32,000 nucleotides of DNA, taken from the NCBI GenBank assembly GCA_963843975.1, contig CAWJMG010000001.1:960001-992000 (forward strand), in the 5' to 3' direction. Each line of letters begins with the position of its first letter. Within the stretch, counting starts at the first letter, position 1. The translations under genes were made by a program, and so were the position numbers. Origin of the DNA: an uncultured Actinomycetes bacterium (GTDB lineage Bacteria; Actinomycetota; Actinomycetes; S36-B12; CAIYMF01). Below are positions 24,500-32,000 of the stretch, one piece after another. The notes beneath the pieces were generated by a model that worked only from the letters and a program-made list of their open reading frames with translations, was not told where the DNA came from and did no database searches.

Positions 24500-25693
24500 T
24501 CAGCGGGTGGCGCAGGAGCCTGTGGCCACGGGTCGCGTGGCGCGGGCGCCGGTGCGGGCGGCCTCGGCCACCTGGTCGGCCGTGAGGGCGTAGCCCGTGG
24601 TCGGGTCCTCGACCGCGGCGGCGAAGACGACGCCGTACACGTGGCCGTCCGGCGAGAGCAGCGGGCCGCCGCTGTTGCCCGGCAGCACCTCGCCGCGCAG
24701 CGAGTAGACCTCGCGCGTGACGTCGCCGCGGCCGTAGATGTCCGAGCCGCGCGCGTTGATGACGCCGCGGACCCGGGCCGGTGCCGCCGCCAGCGGGCCA
24801 CCACCCGGGAAGCCCGCCACGACGGCGGAGTCGCCCCGCTCGGCCACCGTGCTCGAGAACGGGATCGTGGGTGCGTCGAGGCCGGGGACCCACAGCACCG
24901 CGACGTCGACCTCGGGGTCGATGTAGACCACCCGCGCCGGCCACGCGGTGCCCGTGCCGCGCACGAGGACGGTCGGCTCGTCGACGCCGGCGACCACGTG
25001 CGCGTTGGTCATCACGTGGTCGGCGGAGTAGACGAAGCCCGAGCCGTCGACCTGGGTGCGGCAGTCGGTGGCGATCCCCTCGACCTTCACGAGCGACCCC
25101 CAGGCACGGCGGACCGCAGGGTCCTTGAGCAGCGCGGGGTCGGGCTCGTCGACGGGGATGATCGGCGGAAGCGTGAAGCCCGAGAACGCCTCCGGGAGGC
25201 CGGAGCTCGCGATGGTCTCGCGCAGCCCCGAGATCCAGTCGCGCGCGGTGTCGGGGATCGCGGCGTCGATCTGGCCGAGCACGCTGGAGCCGCGCACCTG
25301 CGTGGACACCGGCCCGAGCGGCACGCCGAGCGCGGCCGAGCCCACCATCCACAGCACCAGCGCGATGGACAGCAGGCCGAACGCCGCACCACCGACGGAG
25401 TCGACGAGGCGTACCGGCTTCCAGGGCAGGGCCTCCCGCAGCCAGTTGCCGAGGAAGGACGCCAGCAGGTTGCCGAGCCCGGCGCCGAGGATGACGATGC
25501 CGATCGCGAGGGCAAGGCCGAGGAGCCCCTCGACGTCGCCGAGGACGAACGGCGCGATCAGGGCACCTGCGATCGCGCCACCGATGAAGCCGGCGAACGA
25601 CAGCACGCCCGACACCAGGCCCTGGCGCCAGCCCGAGCGCGCGGCACCGACGAGCAGGATCAGCAGGATCCAGTCGAGGACGTTGAGGCTCAC
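24500..25693 (-). CDS. marP: MarP-type membrane serine protease (CvpA-like 4-TM N-domain + trypsin-like domain).
   Basis: 397 codons from the GTG at 25693. N-terminal hydrophobic helices are present. The catalytic residues are TNAHVV (His), DVAVL (Asp) and GNSGGPL (Ser). It lies upstream of nothing and downstream of nudix/tlpA/nth, as for Rv3671c. Confidence 0.85.
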   Translation of the reverse strand: MSLNVLDWILLILLVGAARSGWRQGLVSGVLSFAGFIGGAIAGALIAPFVLGDVEGLLGLALAIGIVILGAGLGNLLASFLGNWLREALPWKPVRLVDSVGGAAFGLLSIALVLWMVGSAALGVPLGPVSTQVRGSSVLGQIDAAIPDTARDWISGLRETIASSGLPEAFSGFTLPPIIPVDEPDPALLKDPAVRRAWGSLVKVEGIATDCRTQVDGSGFVYSADHVMTNAHVVAGVDEPTVLVRGTGTAWPARVVYIDPEVDVAVLWVPGLDAPTIPFSSTVAERGDSAVVAGFPGGGPLAAAPARVRGVINARGSDIYGRGDVTREVYSLRGEVLPGNSGGPLLSPDGHVYGVVFAAAVEDPTTGYALTADQVAEAARTGARATRPVATGSCATR

Positions 25694-25697
25694 GCGA

Positions 25698-26333
25698 TCA
25701 CCAGTGCCCGAGGTCGCGTACGACGTCGGCGTCCCAGGGCTTCTCCCACCCGACGAGGGCGAAGAGCCGCGAGAGCAGACCGGCGGTGAAGCCCCACACG
25801 AGCAGGCCTCGCACGTCGAACGCCGGGCCGACGTAGCCGGAGGGGTGCCGCACCGAGACGCGGTTGGCAGGGTCGAGGAGCTCGGCGAGCGGGACGCGCA
25901 CGACCCGCTCGACCTCGCCCGGGTCGACGACGCCGACGGCCGACTCCTCACGCCACCAGCCGAGCACGGGTGTGACGACGAAACCGCTCGGCGGCAGGTA
26001 GAGCTCGGGGAGGGTGGCGAACACCTCGACGCCGGACGGGTCGAGGCCCGTCTCCTCCTCCGCCTCGCGCAGCGCCGCCGCGACGACGTCGGCATCGGTG
26101 TCGTCGACCGCACCGCCGGGGAACGCGGGCTGTCCGGCGTGGCTGTTCATGGTGGACGAGCGCTGGATCAGCAGGAGGTCGGGCCCGTCCTCGCCCTCGC
26201 CGAACAGGACGAGCACGGCGGACTGGCGGCCGCCCTCGGGCGGAGGCAGCCAGCGGGAGAGCTGCTCGCCGGTGATCGCGGCGGCGCCGTCGACCACGGG
26301 CCGCAGCCAGTCGGGGACCGCGGGCACGCTCAC
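25698..26333 (-). CDS. NUDIX hydrolase (CoA-pyrophosphatase-like).
   Basis: 211 codons. The GTG at 26333 overlaps the upstream stop (GTGA). The Nudix box is GGAVDDTDADVVAAALREAEEETGL. Confidence 0.85.
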   Translation of the reverse strand: MSVPAVPDWLRPVVDGAAAITGEQLSRWLPPPEGGRQSAVLVLFGEGEDGPDLLLIQRSSTMNSHAGQPAFPGGAVDDTDADVVAAALREAEEETGLDPSGVEVFATLPELYLPPSGFVVTPVLGWWREESAVGVVDPGEVERVVRVPLAELLDPANRVSVRHPSGYVGPAFDVRGLLVWGFTAGLLSRLFALVGWEKPWDADVVRDLGHW

Positions 26334-26974
26334 GGGGCCACCTGCACGCCGAGGGTCTGGGCGACGAGGGAGTCCAGCTGCTCGGCGCTCGTGATCTGGC
26401 CCCGCTCGACGTGTGTGACCACGCCGTCGGAGTCGACGAACAGCGTCATCGGCAGGCCGACCCAGCGCAGCGCCGCCTTCGTGCTGCCGTCGTAGTCCAT
26501 GGCCGAGGCGTAGTGCACGTCGACGTCGGCGAGCAGCGAGAGCGAGGCGCCGGGGTCGTCCTGCACGGCGATGCCGACGACCCGGACCTTCCCGGTGCCG
26601 GCCAGGTCGGCGAACAGGGGCAGCTCGTCGCGGCAGGGTGCGCACCACGAGGCCCAGAGGTTGACGACGGTCGGCGCTCCGCGCAGGCCCGCGAGGCGCA
26701 CCGCCGGACCGTCGCCGAGGCACGCGAGCGTGAGGTCGGGCAGTCCGTCGTCGCGGACGGCGACATCCGCGTCGGTCGCGGGGCAGTCGGCGAGGTCGGC
26801 CGACGCGACGAGGTCAGCCGGCGGTGTGGGCGCCGGCCCGCTGACGCCGGCACCGGTCGTGACCGGGCCGGGGGTCACGCGGTCGCCGGCGGTGGAGGGG
26901 CCGCCGCACGCGGCGACGAGGGAGGCCGCGGCGACGAGCGCGAGCAGGCCGACGGCGCGACGGTGACGGCTCAC
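26330..26974 (-). CDS. TlpA/ResA-like thioredoxin-fold lipoprotein.
   Basis: 214 codons. The GTG at 26974 overlaps the nth stop (GTGA). The signal peptide has a lipobox (LVAACGG). The active site is WASWCAPC. Confidence 0.85.
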   Translation of the reverse strand: MSRHRRAVGLLALVAAASLVAACGGPSTAGDRVTPGPVTTGAGVSGPAPTPPADLVASADLADCPATDADVAVRDDGLPDLTLACLGDGPAVRLAGLRGAPTVVNLWASWCAPCRDELPLFADLAGTGKVRVVGIAVQDDPGASLSLLADVDVHYASAMDYDGSTKAALRWVGLPMTLFVDSDGVVTHVERGQITSAEQLDSLVAQTLGVQVAP

Positions 26975-27714
26975 GCTCGCCCCTCGGTCGTGACCAGACG
27001 GGCGGCGACCTCGGGATCGGTGGGGCCCTCGCCGTACGCCGGGCAGATGCGCGCGAGGGGGCAGGCTCCGCACGCGGGCTTGCGCGCATGGCAGCAGCGG
27101 CGGCCGTGGAAGATCACGCGGTGGCTCATCATCGTCCAGTCACGACGAGGGATGAGCGTCATGAGCTCGGCCTCGACCTTCTCGGGGTCGGTCTCGTCTG
27201 TCCAGCCGAAGCGCCGAGCGAGGCGGCCGAGGTGCGTGTCGACCGTGATGCCCGGGACGCCGAACGCGTTGCCCAGCACGACGTTCGCCGTCTTGCGTCC
27301 GACGCCCGGAAGGGTCACGAGGTCCTTGAGGCGTCCCGGCACCTCACCGCCGTACCGCTCGGTGAGCGCCTGGCCGAGATTGATCAGCGACGACGTCTTG
27401 GCCCGGAAGAAGCCGGTCGGCCGGATGATCGCCTCGAGCTCGTCGCGGTCGGCTGCGGCGTACGCCGCGGCGTCCGGGAAGCGGGCGAACAGTGCCGGCG
27501 TGACGCCGTTGACGCGGCGGTCGGTGGACTGCGCCGACAGGATGGTGGCCACGAGCAGCTCGAGCGGCGACGTGAAGTCGAGCTCGCAGTGCGCGTCGGG
27601 GTAGGTGTCCGCGAGCAGGCGGTCGATGCGCCGGGCCCGACGCACCAGCGCCGTACGGCTCTCGCCGGTGGGCGTCGCCTGCAGAGGGGCAGCGGGGGCA
27701 GGCGAGGCGGACAT
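26971..27714 (-). CDS. nth: Endonuclease III.
   Basis: 247 codons from the ATG at 27714. The HhH motif is [13 protein letters not shown]. The 4Fe-4S motif is C-x6-C-x2-C-x5-C ([17 protein letters not shown]). Confidence 0.9.
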   Translation of the reverse strand: MSASPAPAAPLQATPTGESRTALVRRARRIDRLLADTYPDAHCELDFTSPLELLVATILSAQSTDRRVNGVTPALFARFPDAAAYAAADRDELEAIIRPTGFFRAKTSSLINLGQALTERYGGEVPGRLKDLVTLPGVGRKTANVVLGNAFGVPGITVDTHLGRLARRFGWTDETDPEKVEAELMTLIPRRDWTMMSHRVIFHGRRCCHARKPACGACPLARICPAYGEGPTDPEVAARLVTTEGRA

Positions 27715-27968
27715 GGTCCGCCCAGGGTACGTGGACGGGCCGACCTCGCCCCACGCCGCACGGACCGACGACCGGTCCGGCGTCGACGGCGCCGAGGGCT
27801 CGGTCGTCGCGCAGAGCGATGGGAGCGCGACCATCGAGGGCCTCGCTGTCACTCGCTGTGATCGTTTCGCTCCGTGACGTGCCAGTGGCGCAATGCGACA
27901 CCCGGAGCGCGTACGGTCTGCCTCGTGAGGGGATTCGAGCAATCCACCTAACGGGGGTACGAGGCCAG

Positions 27969-28571
27969 ATGAGCACGCAGTTCGTGGACGGCAGGCCCGA
28001 CCCGGCCGACGATGCCGACGCACGTGCCGAGGACGCGAAGGCGCGCCGCGCCGCGCGCAAGGCTGCCCGCGCGGCGATCCCGCCGCCCGAGCGCGACCAC
28101 GCCTACGACCACCTCGGCCTCGACCAGCTCCGCGAGCTGCGGGCCGCCCTCGGCGACGAGGAGACCAAGACCGCCTACTGGCGACGCATCATCAGCGGCC
28201 GCCTCGACGCCGTCCGCGCCGGTGCCACCGACCGGGAGCCGGTGGCCGACCTGACCGGCGTGCTGCGCGAGGCCGACCACGCGCTCGAGCGCCTCGGACA
28301 CCTCGACGTCCCTCCCGTCGACGGCCTGAACCCCCTGCCCGACCTCGCCGAGGTGTGGGGCCGACGGGTCGACGCCGCGGACACTGCCGGCGTCGCCGCG
28401 CTCACCGCCGACCTCGAGGAGGCGACGGCCGATCTCGACGAGTACCGCGAAGAGGTGCTGCGCCGGGCCGAGCACGTGACCCGCGAGCTCATCGCGCGCT
28501 ACCGCGAGGAGCCGCTCCTGGCCCTGCAGACCCTCCCGGGCGACCCGCTCGGCCGGACCGTCCTGAGCTGA
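27969..28571 (+). CDS. Hypothetical helical (coiled-coil-like) protein with an RsiG/AmfC-like helix motif.
   Basis: 200 codons from the ATG at 27969. The N-terminus is disordered and Ala/Arg/Asp-rich. [32 protein letters not shown] resembles the RsiG helix signature E-x3-S-x2-R-x3-Q-x3-D, retaining E, R and D but with S changed to A and Q to S. The assignment is from memory of the motif only. Confidence 0.4.
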   Translation: MSTQFVDGRPDPADDADARAEDAKARRAARKAARAAIPPPERDHAYDHLGLDQLRELRAALGDEETKTAYWRRIISGRLDAVRAGATDREPVADLTGVLREADHALERLGHLDVPPVDGLNPLPDLAEVWGRRVDAADTAGVAALTADLEEATADLDEYREEVLRRAEHVTRELIARYREEPLLALQTLPGDPLGRTVLS

Positions 28572-28572
28572 G

Positions 28573-28600
28573 GCCGCCGGGCCCGCCCCCGGGCGGCGGC
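28573..28600 (+). terminator. GC hairpin 2 nt after the stop at 28571.
   Basis: GCCGCCG pairs with CGGCGGC as the outer stem, with an inner CCC/GGG stem. There is no U-tract. Confidence 0.35.
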
Positions 28601-28755
28601 GCTATCCGGGCGACCCGTTCCGTGCCTCGCACAACTAGCGTGCGAGTCACCGTCCACGGCAGGGCCCGCATGCGACAGACTGTGCACGCCGCCGGTGCGC
28701 CTGCCGGCGGTGACGGATCCCGTGGCCCAGGGCCCGGTGCACCAAGGAGGATCGC

Positions 28756-29430
28756 GTGGACGACGTGCTCATGAGCGCGCCGCTGTTCGCCGCACTCGAC
28801 ATCGAAGCGGCTGCTGCGCTGAAGGCCTCCATGGACGAGCGCCGCATGCTCAAGGGCGACGTCCTGTTCAACGAGGGCGACCCCGGCGACCGGCTCTACG
28901 TCGTCACGGACGGCAAGATCAAGCTCGGCCACGCGGCGCCCGACGGCCGCGAGACCCTGCTCGCCGTCATGGGCGAGGGCGAGATGTTCGGCGAGCTGTC
29001 CCTGTTCGACCCGGGCCCCCGCACCGCCACGGCGACCGCCCTCACCGACGCCACCGTGCTGGCCCTCAGCCACGCCGCGCTGCGCCCCTGGCTCACCGGC
29101 CGCCCCGAGGTTGCGGAGTCGCTCCTGCGCGCTCTCGCCCAGCGCCTGCGCCGTACGAACGAGGCGCTCTCCGACCTCGTCTTCTCCGACGTCCCCGGCC
29201 GCGTCGCCAAGGCGCTGCTCGACCTCGGCGAGCGCTTCGGCCAGTCGATGCCCGACGGCCTGCACGTCACCCACGACATGACGCAGGAGGAGCTGGCCCA
29301 GCTCGTCGGCGCCTCGCGCGAGACGGTGAACAAGGCCCTCGCCGACTTCGCGTCGCGCGGCTGGCTGCGCCTGGAGTCGCGCTCGGTCGTGCTGCTCGAC
29401 GTCGAGCGCCTGCAGCGACGCGCGCGGTAG
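28756..29430 (+). CDS. crp: cAMP receptor protein (Crp/Fnr family; Rv3676/GlxR type).
   Basis: 224 codons with a GTG start after AAGGAGGA. The cNMP-binding motif is GEMFGELSLFDPGPRTATA. The C-terminal HTH is QEELAQLVGASRETVNKAL. Confidence 0.95.
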   Translation: MDDVLMSAPLFAALDIEAAAALKASMDERRMLKGDVLFNEGDPGDRLYVVTDGKIKLGHAAPDGRETLLAVMGEGEMFGELSLFDPGPRTATATALTDATVLALSHAALRPWLTGRPEVAESLLRALAQRLRRTNEALSDLVFSDVPGRVAKALLDLGERFGQSMPDGLHVTHDMTQEELAQLVGASRETVNKALADFASRGWLRLESRSVVLLDVERLQRRAR

Positions 29431-29437
29431 GGGCTCG

Positions 29438-31622
29438 ATGAGCACCGACCACACCGAGGCCGGCGCTCGCGAGCCGGTGGAGCGCCCTGTCCGCCTCACG
29501 CGCTACAAGCCGCGCGGCCGGCTCGTGCACACGAGCTCCTCGCCCGGCGAGGGCGAGCCCACGGCCGCCGACCCCGGCTACGTCGCGTGGCTCGTCGACC
29601 AGTCGATGCTCCGCGACGCCACCGAGCTCGCCCGGCAGTTCTCGGGCTCGGGCACGAAGTGGCGCAACCCGTACGCGCTCCCGGACCCGCGCTCCGCCAT
29701 CAGCAGCGCCTCCACCTGGTTCAGCGCCTACCCCAGCTCTCTCATCGGCCGCCCGGGGCGGTCGTTCCTCGCGACGCTCGGCGACGACGAGATGTGGGCG
29801 GCGTTCGAGACCATCGGCATCACCGCCGTGCACACCGGCCCGGTGAAGGCCTCGGGCGGCCTGTCCGGGTGGACGCAGACGCCGAGCACCGACGGCAGCT
29901 TCGACCGCATCTCCACGCGCATCGACCCGGTCTTCGGCAGCGCGAACGAGTTCCGCGACATGGTCGACACCGCGGGCCGCCACGGTGGCACGGTCATCGA
30001 CGACGTCGTCCCCGGGCACACGGGCAAGGGCGCTGACTTCCGCCTCGCCACGATGAAGTACGGCGACTACACCGGGATCTACCACATGGTGGAGATCGCA
30101 CCGGAGCACTGGGACCTGCTGCCCGAGATCCCCGACGGCCAGGACTCCGAGAACATCGGCACCGCCACCGAGGCAGAGCTGCGAGCAGCTCGGCTACATC
30201 GTGGGGCAGATGCAGCGCGTCATCTTCGCGGCACCGGGGATCAAGGAGACCAACTGGAGCACGACCGGCCCCGTCCTCGGGGTCGACGGTGTCGAGCGCC
30301 GCTGGGTCTACCTGCACTACTTCAAGGAGGGGCAGCCCTCGCTCAACTGGCTCGACCCCACCTTCGCCGCGGCGCGCCTCGTCGTCGGCGACGCGCTGCA
30401 CTCCCTCGGCGACCTCGGCGCCGGCGCCCTGCGCCTGGACGCCAACGGATTCCTGGGCCTCGAGAAGACCACACCGGGCAACCCCGCATGGTCGGAGAAC
30501 CACCCGCTGTCCGAGGCGGCGAACCACATGATCGCCGCGTCCGTGCGCAGCATGGGCGGCTTCACGTTCCAGGAGCTCAACCTCACGATCAACGACATCA
30601 AGGCCAACTCGCTGCGCGGAGCCGACCTGTCGTACGACTTCGTGAACCGTCCGGCCTACCACCACGCGCTCGCGATGGCCGACACCGAGTTCCTTCGCCT
30701 CACACTCAACGCGTCGCTGGCGATCGGCGTGCAGCCGGTGCAGCTCGTGCACGCGCTGCAGAACCACGACGAGCTCACGTACGAGCTCGTGCACTTCGAG
30801 TCGGGCCACCGCCACGACCGCTTCGTGTTCCGCGGCCGCGACATCTCCGGCGAGCAGCTGGCGGGCGAGATCCGCGCCGACCTCGTCGAGCGGCTCACCG
30901 GCGACGCCGGCCCGTACAACGCGCTCTTCACGACCAACGGCATCGCCTCGACCACCGCCACCGTGGTCACGGCGTCGCTCGGGATCGTCGACCTCAAGCG
31001 CATCACCAGCGACCAGGTCGCCGACGTCGTGAGCGCGCACATCCTGCTCGCGATGTTCAACGCGTGGCAGCCCGGCGTCTTCTGCCTGTCCGGCTGGGAC
31101 CTGGTCGGGGCTCTCACGCTGCCGCGCGAGGCCGTGGCCGAGCTGCTCGTGGAGGGCGACACCCGCTGGATCCACCGGTCCGCCTACGACCTCATGGGCT
31201 TCGACCCGGACCTCACGAGCTCGACGTCCGGCATCCCCAAGGGCCGGTCGCTGTACGGCACCCTGCCCGAGCAGCTCGCCGACGCGACGTCGTTCGCCTC
31301 GCGGCTCTCGGACGTCCTGGCGGTGCGCAGCGAGAACGGCATCGCCACCGGCGAGCAGCTCGACGTACCGCCGGTCGACCACCCGGGCGTGCTCGTCATG
31401 GTGCACACGCTCGACGGCACGACCGACCGCCAGATGACCGTGCTCAACTTCGGCCGCGAGGACGTCGTCACCCGCGTCACCTCGGCGAGCCTGTTCGAGG
31501 GCGCCCAGGTGATCGACATGCTCACCGGGGAGACGGTCGGTCGCGTGGACGCCGACCGCAGCGTGCCCGTGCCGCTCGGGCGCCTCTCGGGCCGCTCGCT
31601 GCGCCTCGTCGTCTCCGGCTAG
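29438..31622 (+). pseudogene. GH13 (alpha-amylase family, TreS/TreY-like glucosyltransferase/hydrolase) gene interrupted by an apparent 1-nt frameshift near 30188-30192.
   Basis: The N-terminal part is in the frame of ORF 29438 (GH13 region I VIDDVVPGHTG, up to ...[10 protein letters not shown]). The remainder is in the frame of ORF 30201 ([11 protein letters not shown]..., region [11 protein letters not shown], acid/base FQELN, region [10 protein letters not shown]), ending at 31622. The 29438 frame turns into Arg/Pro/Gly-rich text after about 30190. Confidence 0.75.
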
Positions 31623-31731
31623 GCCGTACGGGTCGTTCGTCCGTGTCGTGGGGCGACCTCAAGCCGCGGGCCGTCCGTGCCGAAGCCATCCTTGAGGCGT
31701 GTCACGAGGCGCGCCCTGAGACGGGGGCCCC

Positions 31732-32000
31732 GTGGACACGTTGGAGAGGGCGCCGGCAGCCGGGTGGTACGACGACGGCACCGGCCAGGTGCGCTGGTGG
31801 GACGGTGACGGCTGGACCGATCACGTCGCCCCCGCGTCCGCCGTACCCTCTGTGACCCCTGCCGCCACCGTCTCCGTCACCCCCGAGCCCGAGCCGGAGC
31901 CCGCGCCTGCCGCGGCGGCCGCGCCCGAGCCGCTGCGCCCCGGCGCGCCCGACCCCGTCCGCCCCGCGGCGGCCGCCCAGACCACCGCCGCCCAGACGGC
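31732..32000 (+). CDS. DUF2510-domain protein with a Pro/Ala/Glu-rich region. Only the 5' part is present; it continues beyond the window.
   Basis: The frame is open from the stop at 31717 to the window end. AGWYDDGTGQVRWWDGDGWTDHV matches the GWYxD...RYWDGxxWT signature. The start is uncertain (GTG 31732 or TTG 31741). It is not in the ORF track because it has no stop. Confidence 0.5.
   Translation, partial: MDTLERAPAAGWYDDGTGQVRWWDGDGWTDHVAPASAVPSVTPAATVSVTPEPEPEPAPAAAAAPEPLRPGAPDPVRPAAAAQTTAAQT

Noticed and set aside
27841-27900. TGTCA/TGTGA/GTGAC half-sites (TGTCACTCGCTGTGATCG..CCGTGACG) in the nth / RsiG-like divergent region, considered as possible CRP sites.
   Set aside because: No arrangement gives TGTGA-N6-TCACA. 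The half-sites are in direct or wrong-spaced orientation.
28572-28755. Searched the crp upstream region for an autoregulatory CRP box.
   Set aside because: Only TGTGC and GTGA fragments are present, with no properly spaced partner, so no site is called.
29438-31855. The 805-codon ORF taken at face value as one protein.
   Set aside because: After about 30190 it becomes Arg/Pro/Gly-rich with no GH13 motifs, whereas the +1 frame carries GH13 regions II-IV and a clean stop at 31622. It is interpreted as a frameshifted gene rather than an 805-aa product.

Overview
This is a very GC-rich actinobacterial chromosome segment: I estimate more than 70% G+C by eye, and third codon positions are almost all G/C. 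Every long antisense or alternate-frame ORF in the track is therefore treated as a composition artefact. From memory, and still to be verified, the backbone matches the conserved neighbourhood of M. tuberculosis Rv3657c-Rv3676. In window order the backbone genes are a Tad-like secretion locus (tadC, tadB, tadA/cpaF, CpaE-like ssd; minus strand; GTGA-coupled), a divergent HAD-IB hydrolase, a long non-coding gap where the Ms1/MTS2823 sRNA is expected, an Rv3662c-like degenerate Fic-fold gene, acs, a Holin-X-like membrane protein, an EphE-like hydrolase, marP-nudix-tlpA-nth (minus strand, GTGA-coupled), and crp. Several blocks look lineage-specific relative to that backbone. (1) Four tandem, diverged paralogs of an unrecognisable single-pass membrane protein with six invariant ectodomain cysteines (4769-10787); this is the best candidate for an undescribed system. 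(2) A LytS-type kinase, a LytTR regulator, a DUF485-like protein and an SSF transporter, followed by DUF485-actP upstream of acs. (3) nhaA. (4) An SRPBCC-MarR pair. (5) A frameshifted GH13 gene. Non-coding signals include an 11-mer (CCTGTGGACGA) that occurs as spaced pairs in both non-coding regions flanking the tad/ssd genes, a 14-bp perfect inverted repeat in front of the kinase, a near-consensus CRP site upstream of DUF485-actP, and several strong GC hairpins. I saw no CRISPR array, IS element, tRNA or rRNA.
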